From NCBI GenBank assembly GCA_012295275.1, contig CM022670.1:15376001-15440000 (forward strand): a stretch of DNA of 64,000 bases, given 5' to 3'. The notes beneath the pieces were generated by a model. The model saw only the letters and a program-made list of their open reading frames with translations. It ran no database searches and was not told the origin of the DNA. Made by a program: the position numbers and the translations under genes. Source of the DNA: Chrysomallon squamiferum. Lineage: Eukaryota > Animalia > Mollusca. This document shows positions 14,039 through 29,274 of this stretch, piece by piece (positions within the stretch are counted from its first letter, which is position 1; every line of letters begins with the position of its first letter).

Positions 14039-14546
14039 TGACGGAGGGGGTTTTGTGTGTGAATATAATAATATATATACAGGTAGGTAGTTTTGTACTT
14101 AAAAGTGTGTGACTGTCTTTTAGGAATCCTTGGCGAAAAGTGAAAAAAATATGTATATAAATTTAGAACTCGTTATTAGAAATATTTTTTCTTATTTAAG
14201 GTCTTTTCCCGTGATAAGTGTGTGTGTGTGTGTGTGTGTTTCAGTTCATCTGGTGGCTGCGTTGCTTTGTTATTATTGTTGGTGTTGACGTTGATGTTGA
14301 TGTTGTTGTTATTATTTTTTGTTGTTGTTGCTGTTGTTGTTTTGGTTTTTCTTGGTAATGTTGTTACGTAACATCCGTTTATTTATTTTTTTACAAAATA
14401 CTAATAACAGTAACAATAAAATTTACTTTATAATCGTTACCCTATCATTGAAGTGTTATTCTATGTTCAAATAAGTATGCACAGATAGTAGAGACAGAAA
14501 AGGAAAACAGACAAAAAGTATGAGCAAAAGAAATAAATAAATAAAT

Positions 14547-14686
<140 letters not shown>

Positions 14687-15357
14687 TACCTAATTCAAAA
14701 ACGAAATTAGCGTAATTCGGGTTACATTTTATGGTCTAAACAAACAATATCTATACCAAATCACAAATAAAATATATTCAACTTTCCAGTCCGTTACATG
14801 ATGAGAATTTTATAAAGATGAAACACAGCAATACGAATACAAAATTCATGTGTGCATATTGGTAATTTAAATATCGAAGCAGGAAATTGTACATATTCAT
14901 ATATTTTAAGTGAAAGAATGAAAGAAGAATGCAATGAATTAATATAGTATATTATATCATTTTAGTAGCATGTATCTTAGATTGTATAGATATACAATTC
15001 TGTTGAAAGATTAAATAAAACAAAATGAAAGAAAATAAAACATGCAGTTACGTCATTTGTGTTGTACGAAACAAACATGATTAATAATAGAGATAATGTT
15101 ATATGATTACGGGTTATTAAATATCTAATAATAATAAGGTTAAATACTCTCACAAATGTGATGTCATTAATCGCTGTCATCTGAAAACAGTTAAAATATC
15201 GAATTGTTTTCCATGTCATTGTGACTGCTGGCGATATTTCAAAAACAAAAATTCAGTATAACCTTTGTAATCACATTTTTCTTTCATTGTACACGCTTAT
15301 TAAACCATGAAAGGTTAGAAGAAAAAAAAAAAAAAAACCTAATAATATTGAACAATG

Positions 15358-15388
<31 letters not shown>

Positions 15389-15433
15389 TTATAATTAGTT
15401 TCAGTAAACAATTAAAATGAATCCTCAATTTAC

Positions 15434-15800
15434 CTCAGTTGTACCACCGACGACTTCAGGTATGTCCCTGTAACAGGCAGCTAGCTCTTTTCCCTTGAAA
15501 AATAATCCATAAAGGAATTCTCTTCTATTAACGAACCATGGCTAAGTTATCAAATTCCTTTTGAAGTCTATTCACAATTGACTCGTCAGATTAGACTGGC
15601 AGCTCATCGATTGCATACTTCTTCGCATCGACTGGTTTTCGGTTGCACGGTAAGGGCACGTCATTGGCTGGAGTTTAATACCGACACACACGTAGACTGC
15701 AACAGCTTCTTCAGCGACACCCGCCGTCGTGATTGGCGTAACTTCTACTGTTTATCAGAAAGTCATCCGCACTGCACATAGTTCCGGAATCGCGAGTTTG
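15434..15800 (-). promoter_or_regulatory. Candidate promoter and first non-coding exon on the minus strand (possibly of the TMEM200-like gene)
   Basis: CpG-richer island with two minus-strand CCAAT boxes (ATTGG at 15663-15667 and 15732-15736). Downstream of these is a minus-strand donor GAG|GTAAAT at 15434/15433. Confidence 0.35.
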
Positions 15801-16589
15801 AGGATTTTTTTTTTTTTTTCTTTTTTTTTTTTTTATCTCCGAAGATTAACGGAAATCCACAAGACGTAATAAAAGAGAAAAATGATTGCGTACCAAAGAA
15901 CCGGAAAAACGAGGAAGCTACTGCAGATTTGTATATGACAGGTGTAATGAACGATTCAGAAACGTAGATAGATCTTTGCATAATTATTATTTATTTCAGC
16001 AGCTGTTTTCATTATATAATTTTCTTCCATTCTAGTTTCTTATGTTAACCCATGACCGCCCACAAAACACGACCTGTCTGCAAAATATAATGATTACGGG
16101 CGTGGAATTTACTCATGGCAATGATACATATTATGTTACCATAGTAGTAGACGGTATTGTTTCATTGCTGCAAAGATGTCAGTTCGAATAATGTCCGATA
16201 TAAGCAGCACGAACAGAGCGGAACTCGACGTTTCATATTCAGCGGAAAACGGATCCTCGATAAATTAGTTTCCATTGCAAACCGGCGCAGTTTACGCTGA
16301 TATTTTATTGTGAGCACGTGATAGCCGATCAAACACGATTTTTTTCTGACCTGTTAAACAATAATTACGAAGCCTTAATTGAATTTTATTCACTGAATAA
16401 AATTAGGTTTTACGTCCAGCACGTAATGTTTACTCCAGTACAGTATGTCGATTAATGCATTTCAAAATAACATGTTGACTTGTACTGCACAGATTTCGGA
16501 GAAAATAATAGAGGATAGGTTTACTAAGTGTTAGAGATCGCAGTATCAATAATGAAGTAGGGATTTTCATCGGTTTAATTATTACCATA

Positions 16590-16640
<51 letters not shown>

Positions 16641-17576
16641 AATAATAATAATAATAATAATAATTCTGTTTATTATGAAATAAATGTTAGGCTGATTTTA
16701 AAAAGTGAATCCGTTATTTTACATTACGTGGAATCTCCCTATTTATTTATTTATTTATTTATAAACACGTCACTGCTATTGAAAATTACCCTTGGAATTG
16801 TCAGACTCAGCTTTGTTTAAAAAAAAAAAAAAAAAAAAAAATCCGTTAAACGTGCACAGAATAATTAACTGTTTTGTTACACACAGGATCTGCATCTACA
16901 TTTCTCTTAATATTTACCGCAGCTATTAGTGTTATCCAGGAAACAGGGCTTCTTGCTAAACCTAATCCCTAATGAATGTCTAGGAATTTTACATCAGACA
17001 GCATCACTAAAAACAAACAAAAACCCCTGCAATCGTAATACACGGTAGAAATTGCTAGATATAATAAATCATTATAGGATGCTGCTTGCGACCGCTTTGA
17101 AACATTTACGCATTAAACTCAGATCTGAGAGTTTTTATTTTCTACCGTTTTATTGTCCGAGCCGATGAACGAGTTTCAGACTTCGACTGTTAACGATAAT
17201 AAAAATAACGTACTGTATCTTTTCAACGTTGATATGTGGAATTCGCTACAGTTTAAATTACCGAGACTAAACAGCTTATTTTCTGACAAGTTAAAAGTCT
17301 GTTTAGATAAAATAGCTATCGATTAAACGACAGTGAAATCGTAGCTGAACGATCTAGCGCTGAATAAAAAAAAAAAATTATTTCCGCTTTACATATGTCT
17401 CGGTATCGGAATTCTTTACATATATATATATAGTAGTAATTATGTGTACACACACACACACACACACATGTAAATATGACAGTAATCATATATATATATA
17501 TATGTATTACATCCATATGTATTACATACAAATAGTTCAGTATACATACATACATACATACATGCACATATCTCAG

Positions 17577-17629
<53 letters not shown>

Positions 17630-18589
17630 CAATATGTATGTAGATACAGACAGACAGACCTGTCAGCAATTAAGCTAGAACGCTTCCATTACCGAATGAC
17701 GTGACTGAGAGATTATCCAGATTTATAACGTCACACAGCAATCAGTTAACACTAATCTGTTATTCACTAACAGCGGCTTTCGTATTATGAGTCATAAAAA
17801 AACAGTTGAAGAGAACTGTTTTACTGTAGCCGGGGTGGATCATACACGTTGCAACAAGCCCAAAAAGAATCAAAACGACTTAAGTAAATTTTTTATATAT
17901 TTTATTCCTTCATCAAAATTAATATTGTGTTCCTTACTGTAATTTTAGTAAAGAAGAATGTTTACAGAAAAAAAAAAAAAAAAAGTTCATATAACCATAT
18001 TTGTAACTATTTTCTTTATTTCTTTTTTTTCCCACTAAACGGAATTTACTAACTTATACTGCTTCTCACAGGTAAGCCGAAGTTAATTTGCTACAGGATA
18101 TATTTACTGTTAATACGCTATACCCCTATAGCTTCAAAGGATTATATGCAGTAATCAATACACTTAACGTATGAAAGGATGTAAATGTAATTAAACATGA
18201 ATAATGTAAATACGAACACAGGTTCAAAAGTAAGGACGTCTAAGCCATACACAACAAGTTTCGTTTCGTTTCAGTGCGCAGATGCTTGACTGACCGTGGG
18301 ATTCTGTACTGGTCTGTGGAAAATACTTGACAGTAAAACCGCAGCATACATTCAAATACAACTCACATAATATATTATAACAATATTCTGTGTTATAAAA
18401 CGTTATATTAAATAATAACATGCTACAGAATACATACCATTACTCACTGTACCCATACTAAACCACATTTCATACCAGAATTAATATTACTGCGAGATCT
18501 ACATTATTGTAGAAATAACATTCCTTAAGATATCTGAAAAAAAGCCATGTTATATAATAAACAACTATCGTATGTTATATCATATTAGT

Positions 18590-19131
18590 ACACTTTGAAT
18601 TAAACCATCGCCTTTGTGTGCTTTATCATACTAGTACACGTTGAATTAAACCATCACCTTTGTGTGCTTTATCATACTAGCACACGTTGAATTAAACCAT
18701 CACCTTTGTGTGTTATATCATACAGTACACGTTGAATTAAACCATCACCTTTGTGTGCTATATCATACAGTACACGTTGAATTAAACCATCACCTTTGTG
18801 TGCTATATCACACAAGAATACGTTGAATTAAACCATCACCTTTGTGTGTTATATCACACAAGAATACGTTGAATTAAACCATCACCTTTGTGTGTTATAT
18901 CACACAAGAATACGTTGAATTAAACCATCGCCTTTGTGTGCTTTATCATACTAGCACACGTTGAATTAAACCATCACCTTTGTGTGTTATATCACACAAG
19001 AATACGTTGAATTAAACCATCACCTTTGTGTGTTATATCACACAAGAATACGTTGAATTAAACCATCGCCTTTGTGTGCTTTATCATACAGTACACGTTG
19101 AATTAAACTATCACCTTTGTGTGTATATCAC
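18590..19131. repeat. Minisatellite, 12 copies of a 45-46-bp unit
   Basis: ttgaattaaac recurs at 18595, 18641, 18687, 18732, 18777, 18823, 18869, 18915, 18961, 19007, 19053 and 19098. Unit is approximately CGTTGAATTAAACCATC(A/G)CCTTTGTGTG plus a variable 17-18-nt segment. Confidence 0.97.
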
Positions 19132-19175
19132 GAGTTGTTTGTTTTGTTTGTTTTGCTTTTGTTTTTGTTTTCATG

Positions 19176-19226
<51 letters not shown>

Positions 19227-20266
19227 CATTATTGTCGTTGTTGTTGTTTTTAAGTTAGTAATTAGTATCTTGAAAGGTATTATATATTTTGTTCATCCTT
19301 TATTTTCCATTTTCTTTACTGCATTGTACTACTAATACGTCTATAAAAGTATCTCTGTCATTACTCAATTAATAATGTTTTATTATTAAATCTTTTTTCC
19401 TTGTTATTGTCACTATTTTGAGTTTGTACACGGTTTTTCATGTTATTATTAATGGAGTTTTTATGTTTTTGTTATTTTTTTTTTTTTTTATCTCCACAAT
19501 AACCATTTCAGATCATCTGACAGTTGTACGAAACGTTATTAAAAACAGTTTACATTTACACTGTATTTTTAATAACAAAAAGAAATTTTGTTTGAATATA
19601 ATATGTCTTTAAACATGAGAAAAACATTACGCTTTTAAGTAAATTCTTCACCGGTTATACGGTATATTACTTAAAGAAATAAAATATTTATTGTGATATA
19701 TTTTTAATATTAATAATAACACTTTTATTTCATTTTGATGTATTTCCTTTATCTTGGACATTTTACTCCTCATATGAATAACGGTTTCGCTTCATCTATT
19801 TCTATTAAACGTGGCATCAACACTGAAATAGTTAGTGTCATTGGCAGGTAAATTATGTATGTATATATATAGTGCGCAGTAAATAATTCATCTTGTATTG
19901 TGTATAATAATATTATTTTCTTTATGTTATACATGTATATTGATTTGTTTTGTACTGAGTGAATTCGATAAATCAAAGGACTGAAAATTATTCCTGCTCT
20001 TATTTTTGATATTAACGTATTATATGTTACAATTTCAATATGTTTATTATTGTTGTTTGCTGTGATTGTTGCTGTTATTTATATATACACATATAATAAT
20101 AATAATAATAATCGTCATCATCATTATCGTCAATGAATATAAAGTGGATATAATAGCATCACTCTAACCAGATGTATGTGTGGCTGTGTGTCTTTTTAGC
20201 TAGTAGTATATTAATTTATTTTTTAAAACTTGTTTGTCTGAGAGATAAACATAGAGAGATTGTCTA

Positions 20267-20375
<109 letters not shown>

Positions 20376-20433
20376 GAGACAGACGAAAGTTTATTTTTTT
20401 TGTTACTTTTTGTTTTGTTTTTATTGGTATTGA

Positions 20434-20493
<60 letters not shown>

Positions 20494-20525
20494 GTTACTT
20501 TTTGTTTTGTTTTTATTGGTATTGA

Positions 20526-20558
<33 letters not shown>

Positions 20559-20625
20559 GTGCGTTTTTATTTATAAGTAAAAAAAGAGACATATGTATTT
20601 GAAAGTAGAAGAAAAGCACGAATAG

Positions 20626-20746
<121 letters not shown>

Positions 20747-20944
20747 TTGTGTATTGGTCAGCGGTTATTTCTAATTTCAGAAATCTTTGTTCAGTGACTG
20801 TTAACTATGAGAAGGTAAAGAAAACTACTTGTTATCAACGAACAAAAATTTCCATTAAAAAGTGTGCAAGTTTTCTTTCCGATAATTATTGTACAAAACC
20901 ATAGACAGTAATAAAATATATCGTTAAAGTTAGTGTCAGTTCCA

Positions 20945-21003
<59 letters not shown>

Positions 21004-23217
21004 ATATAATTGCATGACAATGTGCGTTTGTATTGTGTAATTTAAACGCAAAGAGCAAAGGTGCTTCATAAAACAGATTTTGTAAAATAAAATCAGTTGT
21101 TAGTGACATATTATAACAGGAAAGAAAATAACTCGCCTCAGACTTGTGCTTTAACTAACTACTCCAGTTCTTCAAACTAACTACTCCTCTCCAAAATCAC
21201 GAATTCAAATTTCGCCAAAATCTTAGTGTCAGATTCAAAATGTCATATACCAGAGATCAAACCTGAGTAGAATAAAGAACGTGAATTACTTACCAGTACG
21301 AGAACGAAAGACACAAAGCTCAAGCTACCTCTTTCCCCGATGACATTTAGCGCTTCAGTGAAAACGACTTGGTACTAATACAAATTAAATATTTACACGT
21401 CGAGTCTGTTTACCTGAATGTCAGGCCGCAGTCTGGGGAATCACACAGTGATGTCATTGAAGAAATTTTCACAAACGCACGCCACGTAACGACAAATGTA
21501 TATGCTGTGATTTTATATAAGAGTTTAATCACTTAAAACTTTATTGTTGACTGCAGATTTACAACATTTTTGTGTGTTAAATTATTTGTTCATGTTACAA
21601 ATATAAATGTTTTTGTACGCATGATAATTATCATTAATATTTAATTACAATTTGATGTAGGCTTTAGCTGTGGCTAAATAATGGCTGTGAGATCACAACC
21701 TGGTTACACGTATGCGATAATTGTAGTATAATATTGTTACACCTTTTTTATACAGTTATTTGTCTGACTTTCTCTTCTTCACAGTCACTTGAACACACTC
21801 TCCAGTCTCATAATACTTGACCAAGAAGCGATGGTTTAAAATATATATATATCTGAAATCACAATAAACAAATAGCTATTTTCCATTATTTTACAAATAC
21901 ACATCTGCTGCTTCAGTTCTGTTAGTTCCTGAATCACATCGAAATATTGATTATATCAAATATAAGTTTAATATCTTTTGATGAGCTAAGATACAGTTGT
22001 AAGTTAATAATAATAATAATAATATACACACACAAATACAAACATACATATTTACTCTTGACGTTTATGAAAGAAAGAAAAAATTGTATATTCAAATTTG
22101 TATTTTTAGTATAACTAATTTGTTTTAACTGCACATTAATATATATATTTTTTTTTCTGTAAGTCTGTCTGTAAACATTTTTTTCACAATCTGTGTTATT
22201 AATTTTCTAAATTCAATATCTACTACATCCAGAAGAGAAAGATATTTGTATCGTCATATCCACTAATGTTCGCCATTTCCTTCGCTCCCGTTCAGTTTTA
22301 CCTTGAAATCTGTCTTCTCGTTGCAGCAGACGCGAGCGGGACAGTATTAATTCCAGTGCTAATTTCCAAAGCGCTTAAAGTATTGTGATGTTAATCTGGA
22401 AACCGCTGTGTCGAAATATGATCTTATTTTCTGTCAAAGTAATTTGATTGTGTGAAAACCTAATTTTCTCCCATGATTATTTTGACACAAAGAGCGGCTT
22501 CATTTGAAGTCACAATTCCCTTCCGGCACCGCTGAAGAAAATCGTTCGGCGACCGCGGGGTGTCATGCAATGCAATCGCCAATAAGGTTTGTCACTTTTA
22601 TATTCAGTGCTGAAAAAAAGAGAGAGCCTCTGTCTCCGTACACACACACACACACACACGTACAGCAGTATGGATGTACCAGCAGAGAGATTTTGTCCAT
22701 GTTTTTCTAATTTACTTATGAGCACGTCTGACATCTTACTTCGCGGAAAACGATGGCGGCGGGATTACACGAGTTCCGATTTCTGCAACCTTTGTGAAAT
22801 GCATGTGTACGGAAATGGACGGAAATGGTCGGATATATCTGAGTGGTGTTTCAGATTACTGGTTCACTGAAATGAAAACACTGGTGTGTGAGACAGTGAG
22901 TGATACAGAAAGGAAACTAACAACCTTCTGTAGTAACTGTTCAACTGAACTCCAGCATTTCTAATCATTACTAATATTACGAAATCTTTCATAGAAAATA
23001 CTTTTAAATGATCGAAATTTAAATTATCAGTTTATTTATCTATCTATCCATCTATCTATTTATTGTAAGTCCATGAATACTGTTTCAATTTTTTATTTTT
23101 TTTAAATTTACTACTACTACTACTATTACTACTACTACTACTGCTGCTACTATTACTGCTACTATTACAGCTACTATTATTATTATTATTATTATTATGA
23201 TTATTATTATTATTATT

Positions 23218-23249
<32 letters not shown>

Positions 23250-23703
23250 ACTAAAATTGTCACATAATCGTGTCCTCCAAATGCTAACATCAGTAAATGA
23301 TAGTATCATATGAAACATCTCTTTTAAAGTTACAAGCTAATCAAAGTCTAAATTAAATTCTTTGTCCATAAAAACCTGATATAAAATATTCTGTGATTCA
23401 AAGAGAAGTAATATCAGCGATTCTGAGTGTCTATGACAGTTCTCTTCATACAGGCTGTTAAAATTCTATTATAATAATAATTAATAAGAGAAAATATCGT
23501 CAATATGAATTTTTCATCCACAGTTCAGTCAATATAAATTTGTACGATCGCCTAATAATTAGTTACAGCTGAACTTCTAAAGTGATAATTAATTTAATTG
23601 TTAATTGTTTAAGTTGCTGGGGTCAGTATGTCTGTATTTTAGTATGTATCTATATACGTTGCGTGTATTTTGTTTTGTATGTACATACATGCGTGTCGGA
23701 GCA

Positions 23704-23747
<44 letters not shown>

Positions 23748-24559
23748 TGTGTGTTTGACGCTCTCTCTCTATGTATGTTTGGGTGTGTCTGTCTCTAAAT
23801 GTGCTGCAGTTGACGTGTGGTTTTAAATAAATAAATATTAACTTTTTTTTTCGATAGATATCAGTAAAACAAGAAAGAACTGAAAAAGAACTAAAACTAA
23901 AATGCATATTAAACCCAGGTTAATTCTGATTTTTGTTAGGTTTTACAAAACAGTTTATCGTAACATAGTGTAGCAGTAAACTAACGCATGATCACTTAAA
24001 AAAGACATAAACTTAAGTCGAATCAACGGTTAGCCACGAGTAAACATTTATAGATAAATAAACCTTTTCATTTATTGCAGAAGAAGTCAATTATTCGGCC
24101 TGATGATCTTTAATAACACGACGGCACTGCCTACGCCAACGTTGTTTCTTCGTCTGTGTATACTTAGTTCCTGGCACGAGGCAAGAACAGAGACATCTGG
24201 CGTTTCTGACAGAAAAACTTGTCTAGCGTAAGCAACGCAGATTTCCAGTTAAGCATTTTGTTAAAGTAATAAAAGTTAAATGAGCATAGCTGGTGATTTT
24301 TTCGTTTAACTCGTATAAACACAGCTTCGGGCATAAAAGTAGTGGATCCAGCTCTTTGAATTTGATTTTATTGTGAAATTGGTACCAAAGAAAAAAAACC
24401 GTATCACTTAGAAACGAATAGATGTAAACAGTTTACATTTTTGTTACCATCACTTAACAATACATCCATATCATTGAGGTGGGTGAGATATTTGACAGTA
24501 CGTTTCGATATATAACGGATAAATTAATAGTTGCATTAATGTATTTTCTTCTTTGATAA

Positions 24560-24675
<116 letters not shown>

Positions 24676-25837
24676 AGTCTCTTTTTCTCTATTTGACTGT
24701 CTGCTGTCTTTTTCTCATTCTCTCTATGTCTCACTCTATCTCACTCAATCTCTCTCTCTATCTCTGTCTGTGTCTATTTCTCTCTCCCCTTCTCTCTTTC
24801 TCTTTCATTTTAAAAACTATCATTCCATTAGTGTATTTATTCATAAAAGAAAGACAAACACACAGATATATTGAAAGACTGATAGCTGGAAGGTAGATAG
24901 GTAAGTAGGAATATAGTTAGACAAACAATAGACAACACATATTTGACTGTATCTGAGTGCACACAATCTGTTTTATTAATAATATATATAAGAAGGATGT
25001 AATAGCTTACCTAGATTGAATTCCGTTGATATATTTATCCGCGGGTATATCCGTTCCCAGGCTTGAAAAGAGTATCAATCGATCCAAGAAAGAACAAAAA
25101 AAGATGAGGATAAAAACACAAAATAGGAAATTAAGTCATCTAACTAGATGTGACCTAACACAGACTTCAAAGAACAGTTTATCCCTACGTTAGTTCCTCC
25201 AACGAAGTATTCGACAGTGAAGATATTCTTATTTCTTAACTAATGCCAGAGATACGTGACATCCCCTTTTATTTTAACACGGGAAGAAAAGAGTGCTTGC
25301 ACCGGTCAGCAAAGAGACGGCGATTGCCTTTATTCTCTGAGGCGTGATTGTACACTGAAGTTCGGATGCAAATTAATTCATCGTGGCGAATCGGATCCAT
25401 TGACAAGCCCTTCCTAGAGACCTACAAACGTGAACTTTTTTTTTTATCCTGCTGGGGATTTCGTCTTGTTCGTGTGTTTAATTGATTTTAGGTGGTCTGA
25501 GAAATAATAGAGTTCGTGGGTTATTCTGGAATTCACGAAGGAGCAGTTTGGACGTATTAAAAGACTGGAGTCTGAGAAAGAAGAGATAAGCACGCGCACT
25601 GTTAGTTCGCAATGAGTCTGTAATTGGAGACGAAAGAACGTTTGTTTAACGACACAAATCTCAACACAAATCTGAATCAAAGGTCTTGTATGTGACAGTT
25701 CTGACCATCTCTAGTGTTAGTTAGCAGTGTTGCACTTTCATTTCCACCTGTCTTAATACAGTAATTCGGTGTTCTAAAAGTGACATGTGTTTTTAATCAT
25801 TAGTAAAGAAATAACAACAGCTTATCACTGTAGATCC

Positions 25838-25900
<63 letters not shown>

Positions 25901-26752
25901 TTTATTTTTATTTTTTTTATTTATTAATTTTTATTTTTTATTTTTTTATTTATTAATTTGTTGTTGTTACTTTTGCTTTTTGGAGGAGTGACGGATAAAT
26001 GGGATTTTGGTTGTTTTCTGGAACGATATCAATAAAAATATTTTTTTAGAAAACATCAGAGAGAGAAAGAGAGAGAGTGGGAATGAGCAATACAGAAAGA
26101 ACGAGAGGTAGAGGAAAAACGGGGACAAAGGCAGAGAAAAAGAGACGGAGATGGGATACTGAAGGAAAAATAAAAAAAAAAAAAAAAAAAAAAAAGATGT
26201 CTTATCCGAAATGAGGAATTACTGTATGAACAGCTGATTCTAAATTATTAAACAAAGGCGAACAAGCTTTCTATATCAAGCAATAATTTAAAAAAAAAAA
26301 AAAAAATACAATAAAAAAATTATTAAAAACAACAAAACAATTAATAATATAAAATCATAAATTAAAAAAAAAAAAAAAAAGATACAAAAATATTAATAAC
26401 AAAAAATTATAATTAAAAAAAAACAAATTACTATGAAAGCATAAAATTATAAGATTTATTTGTTTTTTCATACATATATATCATTTACGATTGTCGATTA
26501 TTATATTTTATTTTATATGTTAATTCATTTTTAAACTTTTTAAACTTATGCGCATTCACTGATATAAATTATAATTTTTATTCCCTATTTTGGTTTTTGT
26601 GAATCACAGACTTGCATCTCTTGAAACTTCGTCTTTTAAAGTAACTGTATACAGTTATTACTACACTTTTAAAAAGTTACGTATAGAGATGTAGCTATTC
26701 CAGAAATACGGTTTATTTTCCTTTCGACAAATATTTCCAACATCCGGATGGC

Positions 26753-27070
26753 TTAATAGAGAATCGACATCTTCCTGAGGGCAGAATCTGCGGAATTGTG
26801 GCGTTTTTCTATCACCATTTTGTGTTTTTCTTGAGCCTTCAGATTGTTACGTCGCACGCTTTCCCTCTTTTTTTCCAGGTGATGATGTCGCTGAATATCC
26901 GCCAGCAGCATTCTCTCCTCCAGATTCATGAACTGAATTCTTTTAGGAAGCTTTTCTAGGAATGGGGAAGGCTTCTTCGCAGCACAGTCGATGTTAGGGA
27001 AGGAATATTCCACTCCGCCCTGTCCCCTTTTAGTGGGAATTATCCCCTGCTGGGCCAGCTGTGACAATAT
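26753..27070 (-). CDS. STMND1: Stathmin-domain-containing (STMND1-like) protein, exon 2
   Basis: Acceptor TATTTAG| (27071-27072), phase 0. Encodes ILSQLAQQGIIP...GVEYSF...KKPSPFLEKL...LEERMLLADIQRHHHLEKKRE, similar to STMND1 (DILEELIVQGII...GESYDV...RKPPSRLKKL...IEEKMEAAEERR). Stop TAA at 26753-26755. Minus-strand AATAAA at 26712-26717. Confidence 0.8.
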   Translation of the reverse strand: MLSQLAQQGIIPTKRGQGGVEYSFPNIDCAAKKPSPFLEKLPKRIQFMNLEERMLLADIQRHHHLEKKRESVRRNNLKAQEKHKMVIEKRHNSADSALRKMSILY

Positions 27071-27460
27071 CTAAATAATAATAATAATAAAGTATCAATC
27101 TCTTAATGCCAACATTTAGGTCTTGACCCATCACATACAGCAGGAAAAGTCATATGCCCATCACCTACCAACCCTTGTGATGGTTAAAATTTATAGGCGG
27201 CCCTAAACATAATATCTAAACATATCATTATCACCCGTTAAACACCGCGTATATGTTTAAGCTAGCAAGGCTCTAATCATCCATAGTAATGACAAATTCT
27301 CCAGTTAAACTTTCAAAAATGTTTAAAACTGCTACAGCAAAAGTAAGTATTTTTCACATTCACAGGTTTTATTTTAACCATGTCGTATAAAGGGACTGAC
27401 CGAAACATCAGAATGATTGTAACAGGGAATGAGATTTTCACGACTGGGGGTTTTCATTAC

Positions 27461-27586
27461 CTCGGACTCTGTGGCACACGGTCTGCTTATTTCGTTGATG
27501 TCAGGCAGGGCCATGCTGTGTGGAGATGGCCAGTCTGACAGGGACAATGGAGATATTCGCTTTGCAGTTGTCACTGTGCACCCCAT
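27461..27586 (-). CDS. STMND1: STMND1-like protein, exon 1 (MGCTVTTAKRISPL...RPCATESE); spliced product 147 aa
   Basis: AAC-ATG-G start at 27586 giving an MGC acylation motif. Donor GAG|GTAATG at 27461/27460 is phase 0 and in frame with exon 2. Confidence 0.78.
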
Positions 27587-27627
27587 GTTTCTCACCGACA
27601 GTGTCACTCTCTGACGTTTTATTACTA

Positions 27628-27635
27628 TGACGTCA
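27628..27635. promoter_or_regulatory. Palindromic CRE (TGACGTCA) about 42 bp upstream of the STMND1-like ATG
   Basis: Exact TGACGTCA in context TATGACGTCATT. A TGACG half-site lies at 27612-27616. Confidence 0.5.
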
Positions 27636-27691
27636 TTTTCATTCACAAAGCGGGGAGCAAACAGAAACCATTAAATTTCATTTTTTTGTTT

Positions 27692-27733
<42 letters not shown>

Positions 27734-28109
27734 TAATATATTTGTTAGTGGTAGTAATACTACTACTTCGACTACTGCTATCACTATTATTACTGCTACT
27801 ACTACTCTAATACATTATTACTACTACTACCACCACCAGAGTAATAAAACTGCTACTACTACTATTATTACTGTAACTGCTACGACATAACAATAATAAA
27901 ATTGCGAATGCTGCTACTACTACTACTATTACTATCACAACCACATTAATAAAAGTACCAATACTTTTGCTATTACTACTACTATTCCTACTTCCACTGC
28001 AGGTACAACTACTATTAATATTAATAACGATTTATATTTTTTCACTATATATTTTCATTCTAGTATTCTTCTAATTATTTGTAAAGTTTATCACAGTATG
28101 TTTCAGGTC

Positions 28110-28167
<58 letters not shown>

Positions 28168-28326
28168 GTTGTTGTTGTTTTTGTTGTTGTTGTTGTTATT
28201 ATTATTGCTGCTGCTGCTGTTGTTATTATTATTTATTAGTTAGTTAGTTGCTTATTTTATTTTATTTTATATTTTTGTTTGTTTTCTTTTAAAAAATGTG
28301 TATCTTTACAACTTAGTCAAATAGTG

Positions 28327-29215
28327 TAGTCCGTGTGGTCCAACTGGCATGAGCCTATGATTTATAGGTGAACCATTTTAGGTGTCCCGAGAAAAGGTGT
28401 AAAATATTATTGTAATTGTAAAGATAGTCACTGGAAATCCTATAGAACATAATCCAAAAAATTTAAAGAAGATTCATTAAAGATAAAATAAAGATAAATA
28501 AATTGTAAATGTTTTACATATATCATATACATATTTAGCACTGGTTACAAATATACTTGAAGAGCGATTTGAAATGGTGCCTACGTTTCCCGTGTGACCA
28601 AAGCCTAATGCGAGATTTGCATGGGACTGATACTTGATCTGACTGTTTTGATACTTAAAAATGCCAAGTTAGTATTTAATCTCATTTTTCACATAATTCA
28701 AGATTTATATTAATATAATTATCTTTAATCTCCCGTTGCAGATTTCGTCTTTAATTAGGTTTCAGTTTACTGATTCCGTATTTTATATAGATTTTGCAAT
28801 AATTCAGTTGGGTTTATATTCCTGTAACGCGTTTTTTTTTTTTTTTGGCTGTATTCACAGTACTGATCAAACAACAACTTCCTCTCAGTTTGTTCTCTGA
28901 TGATGGACACACAGGTGAATGTACCACAAATAGACGTCTGAATCACCCAAACAACAGCAGAGGCACCGATGATTGTGATGTCTGTGTTTAGTGTATTTCC
29001 GGATGAGACCTGAACTTTCAGTTGATTCTTCAAAACAGATTTTTCCTTTTTAACATTTCGTCTCTCCTATTTCTGGTGCCAGTTCATTTGTGAGTAGTAT
29101 GTCCACTTCGGGGAAACTGATCTGAATGTCTAATACACACGAATAGAAAAGAAGGTCTTGACAAACACGCTTGTTTCACCAACATTTACACTTTTCTTCA
29201 TCACTGCAATGGTAG

Positions 29216-29274
<59 letters not shown>

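Noticed and set aside
18590-19131. CRISPR array
   Set aside because: The 'spacers' are short, homologous to each other and repeated. There are no cas genes and the context is eukaryotic. It is a minisatellite.
27374-27646. 90-aa ORF as a standalone protein, or a donor at 27379
   Set aside because: GTG start. The 27379 donor is phase 1 and incompatible with exon 2. The ATG at 27586 with the phase-0 donor at 27461 gives a coherent STMND1-like protein.
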